From: an uncultured Methanolobus sp.
GTDB taxonomy: Archaea; Halobacteriota; Methanosarcinia; Methanosarcinales; Methanosarcinaceae
Length of the DNA: 64,000 nucleotides
Assembly (NCBI GenBank): GCA_963675495.1
Contig: OY776215.1
Span: forward strand, 2,080,001-2,144,000
Direction: 5' to 3'
In this document: positions 1 through 9,602 of the stretch, in pieces
How positions within the stretch are numbered: the first letter of the stretch is position 1
Layout of the letters: each line of letters begins with the position of its first letter
Notes under the pieces: generated by a model
Told to the model about the DNA's origin: nothing
Database searches by the model: none
Seen by the model: the letters and a program-made list of their open reading frames with translations, nothing else
Made by a program: the position numbers and the translations under genes

Positions 1-46
1 TAATTATTTTTATGATGATAGAGAGACAATGCTTGGAAACCTCATT

Positions 47-1693
47 TCAACTTAAGCACAATGGTTTACTGCTCCCTAACTTTTCTGCCTGCAGAATATT
101 TAATACTATAGTATCCAATTCATTTTCTGTTAGAGGCACATTCTCCTTCACTTTTTTACCTATGAATTTAATAGTTTTGATATTGGGCAATCTTAAATTT
201 TTGATATCAGATGCATTCACTTGCGTATGTCCATTCAAAGATCTAAAGTATTTATCTACAATAGAAGAATTAAAAAGAGATGCAAGACCCCACGCCTCTT
301 CTTCAGTAAGTTCGCCATTTACTCTATAAATACAGTTTAAATGATTTTCAATACCAATATATTGATGAGTGCTAAATTCCGATTTATTCAATACTGATGC
401 ATACAGCCTGCGATTTTGTTCTTTTGAACTGAATCTTTTCAATAAAACATAATTTTGAATTGGCAAAAGCATCTTCTTAGTAGATAAATTTACTTTGATA
501 CATCTTTCTTTCTTGTTACTACTTGCAGGCCATATTATTTTTAGACCTTGGAGATTATGCATCCACAGTAATGGAGCAACATTTGATTTTTTAGAACAAT
601 CACTGAGATTCTCTCTAGTCCTGAATGGCACAACAGCTCCAGTAGATACAGACAAACCAAAATCCTGTAAAGTATTCGGCCATTCATCTAATTCAGTTAA
701 AATTTCTATATCTGCAGCGGATGTGGGCACTCTTATAAAAATATCATTATTGTTACTATACAAGACACTTTTCTGATTGGCTTCAATTAGTGTCAAATCA
801 TCAAATGATTTTCCTTTACTGTAAGTAATCTTTATTGTGTCATCTTTTTTTGACTTATTATTAATAACTTTGAAGATAATATTTTCCTGGAGTATTCCAT
901 CTTCTACAAACAAGTCCTTTCTAGATTCAAAAAGATGTAGCTGCTTGAAAGAAATAGCATTTGTGAACCATTTCCTGAATTTCTGATAATAATATCCAGA
1001 ACAAAAACTTCTAGGAGTTATAAACACCATTTCTCCATTTTTTTGTAACATCTTGACAGATAATGCCATGAAAGAAGCATAGATATTAGTGTGCCCATAA
1101 TCTTGGCATTTCATCGCTATGGACTGTGGTGAATTCTTATTCAGTTTATAGTATGGAGGGTTTGAAACGATCACATCATAATAAATTAATTTATCTTGTT
1201 CCCATGGTGCAATCAAAGATTTATTCAAGTATTTTGCATTGTGCAAAACAAAATCTTGTTCGTAAATGTTGTATTTAAAAGTATGTGATTTTTCATTTAA
1301 CAGCTTCTTACATGATTGTAGTACTCTCTTTAACAGTGGTAGTAATGAAGGATCATTTTCATAGCAATCCACAGTTAAAACAATGGGTTTTTTACGTTCT
1401 ACAAGAATACGATTGCAAATTGCTGCAATTAAAATCCCAGAACCAGAACCAGGATCCAAAACTCGTATTTTCTCCTGATCTATATCTATCAATGAAGACA
1501 TGTAACAAGCAACTTCTGCAGGTGTGAAAAATTGTCCATGGATTTTTCTATAATCATAGTCATAGAATTGTCTAAATAGCTTAGACAGACCTATAGCATA
1601 TGAAACCAAGTCATCTTCCTTATTTATTGCAGGAATATTCACTTCATTCATCGTTGTCTCCGATTCATGTTGCAGGAAATATTTGAACATCAA
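47..1693 (-). CDS. Type II N6-adenine DNA methyltransferase, gamma class (BsuBI/PstI/Eco57I-like)
   Basis: GQFFTP motif X, VLDPGSGSG SAM-binding motif I, SNPPY catalytic motif IV; visibly AT-rich; true start may be 1651 (MNEVNIP). Confidence 0.9.
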   Translation of the reverse strand: MMFKYFLQHESETTMNEVNIPAINKEDDLVSYAIGLSKLFRQFYDYDYRKIHGQFFTPAEVACYMSSLIDIDQEKIRVLDPGSGSGILIAAICNRILVERKKPIVLTVDCYENDPSLLPLLKRVLQSCKKLLNEKSHTFKYNIYEQDFVLHNAKYLNKSLIAPWEQDKLIYYDVIVSNPPYYKLNKNSPQSIAMKCQDYGHTNIYASFMALSVKMLQKNGEMVFITPRSFCSGYYYQKFRKWFTNAISFKQLHLFESRKDLFVEDGILQENIIFKVINNKSKKDDTIKITYSKGKSFDDLTLIEANQKSVLYSNNNDIFIRVPTSAADIEILTELDEWPNTLQDFGLSVSTGAVVPFRTRENLSDCSKKSNVAPLLWMHNLQGLKIIWPASSNKKERCIKVNLSTKKMLLPIQNYVLLKRFSSKEQNRRLYASVLNKSEFSTHQYIGIENHLNCIYRVNGELTEEEAWGLASLFNSSIVDKYFRSLNGHTQVNASDIKNLRLPNIKTIKFIGKKVKENVPLTENELDTIVLNILQAEKLGSSKPLCLS

Positions 1694-1946
1694 GAATAAG
1701 TATAATCACATATAAACTATGATGGTTATTATTGTTATTATTATTATTATTAAATTTTTGGAATATATATCTTTGGTTTTTAGATTTCTCTCTTGGAGAC
1801 CACATCTGTCATCAAAATCACCTTTTTGTAACTCTCGTTTCAGTTGTAGAGATTATCCAAATAGCTCATTGTCCACTGAATCAGTTAAGCGTCCTCTCAT
1901 TAGCTAGGTTTGATACTTAACGACTTTAGAGACAGATTGCTATGTA

Positions 1947-2243
1947 TCAACCAGACATTACCTCGATTAGAGCAGGTCGCACTTTCTTATAGCTCACCTT
2001 TGAGTTGTTGAGCTTATCCAGATAGTTAGTCATCAACACTGAACCATTTGAATGTCCTATCATATATTTAATAAGAGATTCCTGAATCCCTGCTTTCACA
2101 CACTTGTCAATGAAGAAGTTACGACCATATTTAAGTGAAAGCCCATTTAGCCGAATGTACTTTCTTGCGTAGTTTTCACTAATTTCAGTTCTCTTTAACT
2201 GTTTTGCAAACTCGACGGGCATGGATGCTTTGAAGGCTTTTTT
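1947..2243 (-). pseudogene. C-terminal remnant of an SSV1-type tyrosine integrase
   Basis: KKAFKASMPVEFAKQL...LSLKYGRNFF...YMIGHSNGSVLMTNY contains KxxR, GH and catalytic Tyr boxes; in-frame stop a few codons upstream, N-terminal part missing. Confidence 0.7.
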
Positions 2244-2350
2244 TGCATCGAAGTATACTGAAAAAATAAACCATCACAAAAGAATACAGAATCTATATAA
2301 TCTATGGGGGAACATCATTATTTGTTCATAAATTTAGAGGAGTGGAGTAA

Positions 2351-3271
2351 ATGAAATTATACAAAATAATTGTGGCTTTGCTTGTTGCAACAACTGTCCT
2401 TTTATCAGGCTGTGCTGAGCAACCCCAGGCAGAAGAAATGGATATTGTAGAGACCGCGGTAGCTGCCGGCTCATTTAATACTCTTGTGACTGCACTGCAG
2501 GCAACAGGACTTGATGAAACCTTAAGCGGTGAAGGACCATTTACAGTATTTGCACCAACTGATGAAGCATTTGATGCATTGCCCGAAGGTACCCTTGATT
2601 CATTGTTGGAAGATGAGGAGGCACTTACAGCCATACTTACCTACCATGTAGTTGCAGGTGAAGCGATGTCAACAGATCTGTCCGATATGATGGCTCTTGA
2701 AACGGTACAGGGCGAAGAGGTTATCGTACACATAACCGACGGGAATGTAATGGTTGGTGATGCAAACGTAGTACAGGCAGATATTGAAACCAGCAATGGA
2801 GTCATCCACGTAATAGATAAGGTCATACTGCCACCATCTATGATGGAAGCCGATGAAATGGATATTGTAGAAACCGCAATAGATGCTGGTTCATTTACCA
2901 CTCTTGTGACTGCACTTCAGGCAACAGGACTTGATGAAACCTTAAGCGGTGAAGGACCATTTACAGTATTTGCACCAACTGATGACGCATTTGATGCATT
3001 GCCCGAAGGTACCCTTGATTCATTGTTGGAAGATGAGGAAGCACTTACAGCCATACTTACCTACCATGTAGTTGCAGGTGAAGCAATGTCAACAGATCTG
3101 TCCGATATGATGGCTCTTGAAACTGTTCAGGGTGAAGAGGTTATCGTACACATAACCGACGGGAATGTAATGGTTGGTGATGCAAACGTAGTACAGGCAG
3201 ATATTGAAACCAGTAATGGAGTTATTCACGTAATAGATATGGTCATACTGCCACCGTCTACGAATAATTAA
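2351..3271 (+). CDS. Fasciclin (FAS1) domain lipoprotein with two repeats
   Basis: Lipobox LSGC; two FAS1 domains ([19 protein letters not shown]); GGAG RBS. Confidence 0.92.
   Translation: MKLYKIIVALLVATTVLLSGCAEQPQAEEMDIVETAVAAGSFNTLVTALQATGLDETLSGEGPFTVFAPTDEAFDALPEGTLDSLLEDEEALTAILTYHVVAGEAMSTDLSDMMALETVQGEEVIVHITDGNVMVGDANVVQADIETSNGVIHVIDKVILPPSMMEADEMDIVETAIDAGSFTTLVTALQATGLDETLSGEGPFTVFAPTDDAFDALPEGTLDSLLEDEEALTAILTYHVVAGEAMSTDLSDMMALETVQGEEVIVHITDGNVMVGDANVVQADIETSNGVIHVIDMVILPPSTNN
2435..3260 (+). repeat. Intragenic tandem duplication, period 420 bp
   Basis: 2435-2840 aligns without gaps to 2855-3260; about 20 mismatches counted by eye (~95% identity). Confidence 0.95.
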
Positions 3272-3598
3272 TAGTTTTTTCTCTTTTTTTCTTTTTACTT
3301 CTATAAGACACTGGCTTCTTCTTCGCTAGGTTATTCAAGCTCAGGTATCCTGTTTGGTTAATTAATACCATTCCTACATTTATGATATTTATCTGGCATG
3401 AGCAGTCAGAGTTAATAGATTCAGCATCCTTCTTCTTCTTCTTCTTCATGCAATTGAGAGTACCCGTAGAGGATTCCATTTTTTTATTCTGAATAAGAGT
3501 ACTAATTGTTCGACAAGAATTCCAAAAACTCCCCACTTCCAAACACCCGCATAGTTCTTTTACAAACATAACATAATTCTAATAAAAAGGAGAATCTC

Positions 3599-3730
3599 AT
3601 GGCAAGATATTGTAAAATATGCGGAGCAAAAAGTGGAAGATGCAATCATCTGGTAGTCGATTTCGGTGCAAAGGAACAGAATACGAATGAAAAACAGTAT
3701 GAAGCTAAAAATTCAGACAACAAAAGCTAA
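3599..3730 (+). CDS. Small 43-aa putative zinc-finger protein (CxxC-x6-CxH), absent from ORF track
   Basis: AGGAG RBS upstream of ATG; MARYCKICGAKSGRCNHLVVDFGAKEQNTNEKQYEAKNSDNKS*. Confidence 0.6.
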   Translation: MARYCKICGAKSGRCNHLVVDFGAKEQNTNEKQYEAKNSDNKS

Positions 3731-3774
3731 TTTCAATACGCATACTTCTTTTTAATTCAAACAAAAGTGATACT

Positions 3775-4290
3775 ATGTTACTAAAATTCAAATCCACAAG
3801 TCCTAAAATCTCCTCGACAGCCTTCGTAGCCGATAATGCAACGGTGATTGGCAATGTCATCATATCAGACGAGTCAAGTGTATGGTTCAATGCGGTTATT
3901 CGTGGTGATTCTGACTTGATAAGCATCGGGAAGAGAACAAGCATACAGGACAACGTTGTAATCCACACGGATGCGCCGCATAAGGTTGAGATAGGGGATG
4001 ATGTCACAGTTGGGCATGGAGCTGTGGTGCATGGGTGCAAGATTGGTAACAACGTGCTCATCGGGATGAACGCCACGGTGCTGGGTGGTGTTGAGATCGG
4101 TGAGAACTGCATCATCGGGGCGAATGCACTGGTGCCTCCGGGAAAAAAGATACCTGCGGGAAGTCTGGTTGTAGGTGTGCCGGGGAAGGTGCAGAGACAG
4201 CTCAGCGATGAGGACATCGCTCATATAACTGAGAATGCGGCGGAATATGTCAGTTTGCTCAAAGAATACAAAAAGATGCAGGATAAGTGA
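3775..4290 (+). CDS. Gamma-carbonic anhydrase family (CamH/YrdA-like) hexapeptide-repeat protein
   Basis: WFNAVIRGD, IQDNVVIH, VTVGHGAVVHGC metal-ligand motifs. Confidence 0.92.
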   Translation: MLLKFKSTSPKISSTAFVADNATVIGNVIISDESSVWFNAVIRGDSDLISIGKRTSIQDNVVIHTDAPHKVEIGDDVTVGHGAVVHGCKIGNNVLIGMNATVLGGVEIGENCIIGANALVPPGKKIPAGSLVVGVPGKVQRQLSDEDIAHITENAAEYVSLLKEYKKMQDK

Positions 4291-4319
4291 CATGTCCTGC
4301 CAGGGTGAGTCTGCTAAAG

Positions 4320-4697
4320 TCAAATGATGGTTAATACATATGCGATAATTCCAATTGCAAACAAAGCTGTGAATATCATAATTGTCTTTTTTCTCAGTTC
4401 TTTCTCTTTTTGCGTAAAAGGTCTTAATTCGTGCTGGTGTTTCTTTTCCAGGTTAGAGCCGATGAAGGTACCAATGACCAGACCAACCAGATATCCTGCA
4501 AAGATGCTTTCAAGTACAATAGCAATAGGGATACCTATTACAATACCGATTGCAAGTCCCCGTCCCATATAATGACCTCTGGGGTACTTTCCAGTTGCTT
4601 TGAATTCTTCTCTTTTAAGCTTGAATGCAAGTAGTGACATCACAAGTCCTGCAAGCAGCAGCACAAAGATGATTATCATAACAAAAGAATATGCCAT
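4320..4697 (-). CDS. Hypothetical membrane protein
   Basis: Four hydrophobic segments; AGGAG RBS. Confidence 0.7.
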   Translation of the reverse strand: MAYSFVMIIIFVLLLAGLVMSLLAFKLKREEFKATGKYPRGHYMGRGLAIGIVIGIPIAIVLESIFAGYLVGLVIGTFIGSNLEKKHQHELRPFTQKEKELRKKTIMIFTALFAIGIIAYVLTII

Positions 4698-4890
4698 GCA
4701 TCTGGTTTTGTCTCCTTTTACTTAATAGTTTACGGACAGGGGGATTTATCTGTGACTTATTCAACTGGCGGGATTTACAAATACTAGTGATGTGTAATAT
4801 AAAGTGGAGTAAATAATTTCCTGTTTTCTTCATTGGGGTGAAGATACAGGAATAAGCCGAATTCAGGCTCATTTTAAAAGGAGTGAAACA

Positions 4891-5691
4891 ATGATAGTTG
4901 GGGACATAATGACTACAAATCTGGTATGCATAAAAGAAAATGATCTGATGACACATGCCAGAAAACTATTGCGTGATAATTTCCTTCATGGTCTTCCTGT
5001 GCTGGATGATAAAAGCACTGTAGTGGGGATGTTGGATGATCAGGATATACTCCGGTTGCACTCGAACAAATCTGAAGTAACAGTTGGTGGGTATGCACGT
5101 GAGTTCCCATTGATACTTCCTGATATGGAACTACGGGACGTGGCAAAAGCGCTTGTCGATGCACAGCAACACCGTGCTCCAGTACTAAGATCATCAACGG
5201 ATAAAACAATTGCAGGCATAGTGAGCGATACGAATCTCCTGAATCAGGTCCGTCTCACAAAACTCCCGCCAAAAGAGGTAGGGGAAATTATGAATAAAAA
5301 GGTAAGGACTGCATATCCTGATGACAGTATTTCCAAGATATGGGGCAATATGCTGGAATGGGATTATACGGGCATACCCGTAATATCTCACAAAGACGAG
5401 GTCATGGGGATGATCTCCAGGGGCGATATCATAAAAGCCGGATTTGCCAGAACAGGTAACCGTTCAAATGATTTTCACGATAGCGGATCAGGAGACGCTC
5501 CGAAAGTGGAAAAACTGATGTCCACACCTCTTTATTCGATCAGTTCCAGCACAACGATATCCAAAGCCATCGAAACCCTCCTTCACTATGATGTTGGCCG
5601 TATATGTGTCACTGAAGATAAGAAGCTCATAGGCATCGTGGACAGGTTCTCTCTCCTGAAAGAATGCCTTGCGGGTCCGGGTTTTGCATAA
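4891..5691 (+). CDS. CBS-domain protein (two Bateman pairs)
   Basis: VGDIMT, LPVLD, VGEIMNK, GIPVI, IGIVDR CBS motifs; GGAGTG RBS. Confidence 0.9.
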   Translation: MIVGDIMTTNLVCIKENDLMTHARKLLRDNFLHGLPVLDDKSTVVGMLDDQDILRLHSNKSEVTVGGYAREFPLILPDMELRDVAKALVDAQQHRAPVLRSSTDKTIAGIVSDTNLLNQVRLTKLPPKEVGEIMNKKVRTAYPDDSISKIWGNMLEWDYTGIPVISHKDEVMGMISRGDIIKAGFARTGNRSNDFHDSGSGDAPKVEKLMSTPLYSISSSTTISKAIETLLHYDVGRICVTEDKKLIGIVDRFSLLKECLAGPGFA

Positions 5692-5822
5692 AAAATGGCA
5701 GAACCTTTGTTTTTTCAATATTAGTATGTCATTAAATAATTTCATGCCTTTAAAATTTAATCAAGGTTTAACTTAAGTACTGATAAATGGTAAATGTTAT
5801 TAAGGGTTGGAGGGTGGCTTAC

Positions 5823-5901
5823 AAAAGGAATGTTTCTGAAGGAAACACCTCTATATAAGGGTGGATGTGGAGGTATTTCTTTTTAGAACATCAAACCTTT
5901 T
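5823..5901 (+). ncRNA. Candidate structured RNA (long hairpin)
   Basis: 5830-5856 pairs with 5865-5891 (~25 pairs, 4 G.U on + strand), closed by AAAAGG/CCTTTT and followed by T-runs. Confidence 0.35.
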
Positions 5902-6010
5902 TCTGGATTTTTTTGGAAATATGCAGAGATTGTGAATTTATTATCTATTTTTCAAACGTTGATTTCAATAAATATGGCTACGTACATTTGTAGCTCATAA
6001 ACAATTTCAT

Positions 6011-6871
6011 TTATTTCCAGCATGAAGCTTCAGGTATTCCCTGTCTCAGTCTTTCTAACTGGAATTTCTTTGCTTCGTTGTATCTTCTCCATAACAGGAA
6101 AAAACCAATAACTGCCACAATTACCTGACCCATGAATACATTTACTACTGACTGCGGGAATATGGCTAATACATCAGGCAGACCGTTCCATAGTCCATGG
6201 AGTGCTGCTACTGTCAGATATGCACCGATTACCTTGTAGTTGATATGAAAGATACGTGGTCCACTTTCCCTGAACATCACACTAACAAGGATGGCTGTCC
6301 ATGTACCATGTCCTATGGGTGCGATAACTCCTCTTATCAGTGTGATAAGAACTGTCTGAGAAAGGCTGCCACCGCTTGCCAAAAATGCTGTGAAAGCGTA
6401 ACCGGTGCTTTCAAGTGCTGCAAACCCCATTCCAGAGGCTGCACCAAGGATAAGTCCGTCCATCTCGGAATCATGGAGACAACGCTTGGCAATTACCAGG
6501 ACACCTAATATCTTGGCAAACTCTTCTATCAGTCCGACCTCAAAAGAATAGAGTAGTTCATGCTGTGACAGGAATATCGGTTCCAGTGTAGCCGCGGCAA
6601 GAACTCCCAGAAGTCCCCCGTAAAAGAATGCCCATGCCGTTGTTGGCATGTCAAGTTTGCTCAAGTGTCTTCTCTGGTAGAAAAAAGCTACATACGTGAT
6701 AGGTACAAGAAAATTACCAAGCATGACCACCGTGGGGAATATGTTTGTATTGCGGGTTGCTGCAAGCGCGAACACTCCGAATATGTACAGGAATAACCCG
6801 CCTGTGAATACCTTAAGCCAGGACAGGTTTCGCTCGTTTTTCGTTTCTTCGTAGATACCTGGTTCTTCCAT
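6011..6871 (-). CDS. PrsW-family intramembrane glutamic/metalloprotease
   Basis: IEEFAK, GFAALES, GHGTWT, LHGLWN motifs in a multi-pass membrane protein. Confidence 0.88.
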   Translation of the reverse strand: MEEPGIYEETKNERNLSWLKVFTGGLFLYIFGVFALAATRNTNIFPTVVMLGNFLVPITYVAFFYQRRHLSKLDMPTTAWAFFYGGLLGVLAAATLEPIFLSQHELLYSFEVGLIEEFAKILGVLVIAKRCLHDSEMDGLILGAASGMGFAALESTGYAFTAFLASGGSLSQTVLITLIRGVIAPIGHGTWTAILVSVMFRESGPRIFHINYKVIGAYLTVAALHGLWNGLPDVLAIFPQSVVNVFMGQVIVAVIGFFLLWRRYNEAKKFQLERLRQGIPEASCWK

Positions 6872-7127
6872 GTATGGTTACCATTAAAGGATAATTCTCA
6901 TTTTAGTTTGCATAGTGAGTGTGAGCGATATTTCCGCAAAATATTCCTAAGCGCATCTCTACTTCAGTACATATTTTCCAGTATTATCTTTTAACTTCTG
7001 TAATAATAACAAACTTAATCATTATTAAAACATGCTGGATTCTCACTTCATTCGAATTTTTAATATAGGGTATGTTCTCATATCGTAACCGATATAATTG
7101 TTCTTACTTTGCATGGAGTTATCACAG

Positions 7128-7589
7128 ATGCGAGAATCAGCTAAAGATAATATGATTACCGAGTGGGAAAGAAAACAGCTTCTTGCAGCTCTGCATGCCC
7201 GACTTTTCTGGGTGGGCGAGGAAGTACCATACTCAGTTGAGATAAAAGGCCGTAAGTGTAAGTTGCATGATCTTGTCTGGGATCTCATAAACAAGAATAC
7301 GCTATCAACTGACGATATAAAGCATATCGATATGTACATTTCTTATCTTAGGGATAAGGAAAAAGGGGATGAACTGGAGTTAGCTACAAAGAAACTCTCA
7401 CACAAAGAGGCAAAGACTCTTTTTGATGAGACTGCCGGGCTACTGCGGGCAATAATGGACCTAAAGGATATTGAAGACGGAACCACAAAAGAGAAGGAAA
7501 AGGAATTTCATGATACTTTTTCCCGGGAGCGTGTAGCTGAAGCACGCAGGTGGCTTCAATTCCTCAAAGATAGTGGGAGCTTACAATAG
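7128..7589 (+). CDS. Conserved euryarchaeal hypothetical protein (DUF5788-like)
   Basis: ERKQLL...WVGEEVP...ARRWLQFL pattern; ATG 7128 follows GGAG. Confidence 0.6.
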   Translation: MRESAKDNMITEWERKQLLAALHARLFWVGEEVPYSVEIKGRKCKLHDLVWDLINKNTLSTDDIKHIDMYISYLRDKEKGDELELATKKLSHKEAKTLFDETAGLLRAIMDLKDIEDGTTKEKEKEFHDTFSRERVAEARRWLQFLKDSGSLQ

Positions 7590-7603
7590 GCCAAATGGAA
7601 TGT

Positions 7604-8575
7604 TCAGGGTCCCTGATAAGACCTGATTTCTACTTCCGGCATTTTTGCAATTTCAATGCTTGATATACTCCCTATGAAGATATCCTGCTCATTGGTAAAG
7701 GAAGCAAGAAGACTATGTGTGATCATGTTACTGACATGTCTTCGTTTTTTAGGGTCAACTACGTATCTAAGGTGCATTTCTATTCTGTCACCTTCTATTT
7801 GCATAAATACCCTGGTGTCAACGTCGTAAGATGTTAACAGGTATTTCCCTTCCATATTAGAAAGTTCTTTTTTGGAATGTTCAACGTAATCTTTTATGAG
7901 TTCACTCGTGGTGTCTAATGCTATTTTTTTAGCCTTTTCCCAGTTACTTCCAAGGCCCAAAATGATAGTAACTTCATCCCATATGAACGAGAAGTCACGT
8001 GTATAGTTTTTCACTGTAGTGTTCAGGATAAAGCTGTTAGGGACATTGAGTATTCTTCCTGAGTACTGATCTCCGTTAACCCATTCTCTGATCTCCATAA
8101 AGGTGGTATGGAAATATGTGATATCAAGCACATCCCCATAGCAGTCATTTACCTGTATCCTGTCACCTGCCCTGAAAGATTTAGAGAACAGGATGATGAC
8201 TCCGCCTGCAAAGTTACGGAAGACATCCTGCAATGCAATTATGATCCCTGCGCTGAAGATACCATATGCAATGATGAGGGTGGTTGTTTCTTTCAAAAAG
8301 ACTACCAATAATAATCCGACAGCAAGCATTGTGATGATTGCTGATGATACTTTTCTGAGGGTGTATCTTTCCCTGTTATCACGAACTTTGTTCATGATGA
8401 TGTTTTCAACAACAGCAGTCAGGAAATATGCAAGCAGAATTATCAATGCTGCCTGTATAAGTTTTACAAGCATAGCTTCATAGTTTGCAGCATAGTCTGT
8501 GAAGTAATTGATGTAAGAAAACATCAGAATAAGGCCTGTAAAGAATAAAATACCAATATTGTTTCTCCCACTCAC
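7604..8575 (-). CDS. mscS: MscS small-conductance mechanosensitive channel
   Basis: ALQDVFRNFAGG, FRAGDRIQV, VPNS, NYTR motifs. Confidence 0.9.
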   Translation of the reverse strand: MSGRNNIGILFFTGLILMFSYINYFTDYAANYEAMLVKLIQAALIILLAYFLTAVVENIIMNKVRDNRERYTLRKVSSAIITMLAVGLLLVVFLKETTTLIIAYGIFSAGIIIALQDVFRNFAGGVIILFSKSFRAGDRIQVNDCYGDVLDITYFHTTFMEIREWVNGDQYSGRILNVPNSFILNTTVKNYTRDFSFIWDEVTIILGLGSNWEKAKKIALDTTSELIKDYVEHSKKELSNMEGKYLLTSYDVDTRVFMQIEGDRIEMHLRYVVDPKKRRHVSNMITHSLLASFTNEQDIFIGSISSIEIAKMPEVEIRSYQGP

Positions 8576-8624
8576 AGAATAATCTTAGACATAATGTTAT
8601 AATAATTTTATCCGTTAGCCGGAC

Positions 8625-9464
8625 TTAGTGCTTGAACGTATGTGGAATGGTTCTGAATAGTGTGCGATAAATTCCAATTCCTGCAAGTATACAAAACATG
8701 AATGGAAAAAGCTGGGTATTGATTTCACCTGGCATGCTGGCTATTCCAAAAAAGATAATGACTGTCATTATCCTCGCCAATTGAAATCTTGCAGCATCAA
8801 GAGTTTTTCCGGTCCTGTCTCCAACACTTTTTAATTTAGCCGGTCCTACGATAGCAGGCAGGAACAAGACAGTTCCAAATACAAAAAGCAGCATATTCTC
8901 CAATTGGTATGTAAATACCACTCCACCTTTTTCAATGAGAATAACTACTGAAATAACCATCAATAGAATTCCTGTTAAAAAATGATGTTTTGCCGGGTCT
9001 TTCAGTCTACTGTCAATTATAAATCCTGTAGCTGTCAGAAAGCCATACATATGGGATGTGTAGTATGCCAGAATTATCCCGATCACAGCGATTAACAAAG
9101 AATCCATTATTCCTGCCGGCATACCGCTTGAATGATTCACTATTCTTAGGAGCATAATTAACCAGACAAATGAAAGCAAGGGTGGTATTTCTGAAAATAT
9201 GACGAGTGCAAGCGCCAGAAATATAGTTACAAAAGCACTCCAATCGTTGTCCGGGTCAAGTTCTCTTGAAATTGCCCATAGAAGAAATATTAGTAAACCT
9301 GTCCTTATTCCTGCTATCAGACTTGAATAGTTCGTTTCCCCATTAATTGCACTGGCAAGTGCAATAACAGCAAAAGTGAGCAGTGCAATGATGGATATCA
9401 ATTTATTTGTCACATAATTGGTGTCCAGAGGACGACCTATGGTAGTTATTTTGTTGATGTCCAT
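8625..9464 (-). CDS. Hypothetical multi-pass membrane protein
   Basis: About 9 hydrophobic helices; WAISRELDPD motif. Confidence 0.7.
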   Translation of the reverse strand: MDINKITTIGRPLDTNYVTNKLISIIALLTFAVIALASAINGETNYSSLIAGIRTGLLIFLLWAISRELDPDNDWSAFVTIFLALALVIFSEIPPLLSFVWLIMLLRIVNHSSGMPAGIMDSLLIAVIGIILAYYTSHMYGFLTATGFIIDSRLKDPAKHHFLTGILLMVISVVILIEKGGVVFTYQLENMLLFVFGTVLFLPAIVGPAKLKSVGDRTGKTLDAARFQLARIMTVIIFFGIASMPGEINTQLFPFMFCILAGIGIYRTLFRTIPHTFKH

Positions 9465-9602
9465 CTTTGTAAAGGGTGATACTATATGATTTCTAGTTTT
9501 CTGATGTTATGTTTTTCATAACAAAAGACCTCATCATTATGATAATCATTATATTATATAGTATAGATATATTTATATATTATGTTTTGATAGTTGGTAT
9601 TG

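Noticed and set aside
1719-1920. Two 62-aa + ORFs and an (ATT)n tract
   Set aside because: Hydrophobic translation is an artefact of an AT-rich microsatellite in the MTase promoter region
3258-3569. 103-aa minus-strand ORF with a poly-Lys run from (TTC)6
   Set aside because: Low complexity, runs through the fasciclin terminator T-tracts, no family features; the microsatellite is not in a credible gene
7587-7613. Pyrrolysine readthrough of TAG-terminated genes (7589, tyrS, 61488)
   Set aside because: Proteins look complete at the TAG; at 7589 and tyrS another stop follows within a few codons, and at 61488 the extension runs antisense into the next gene
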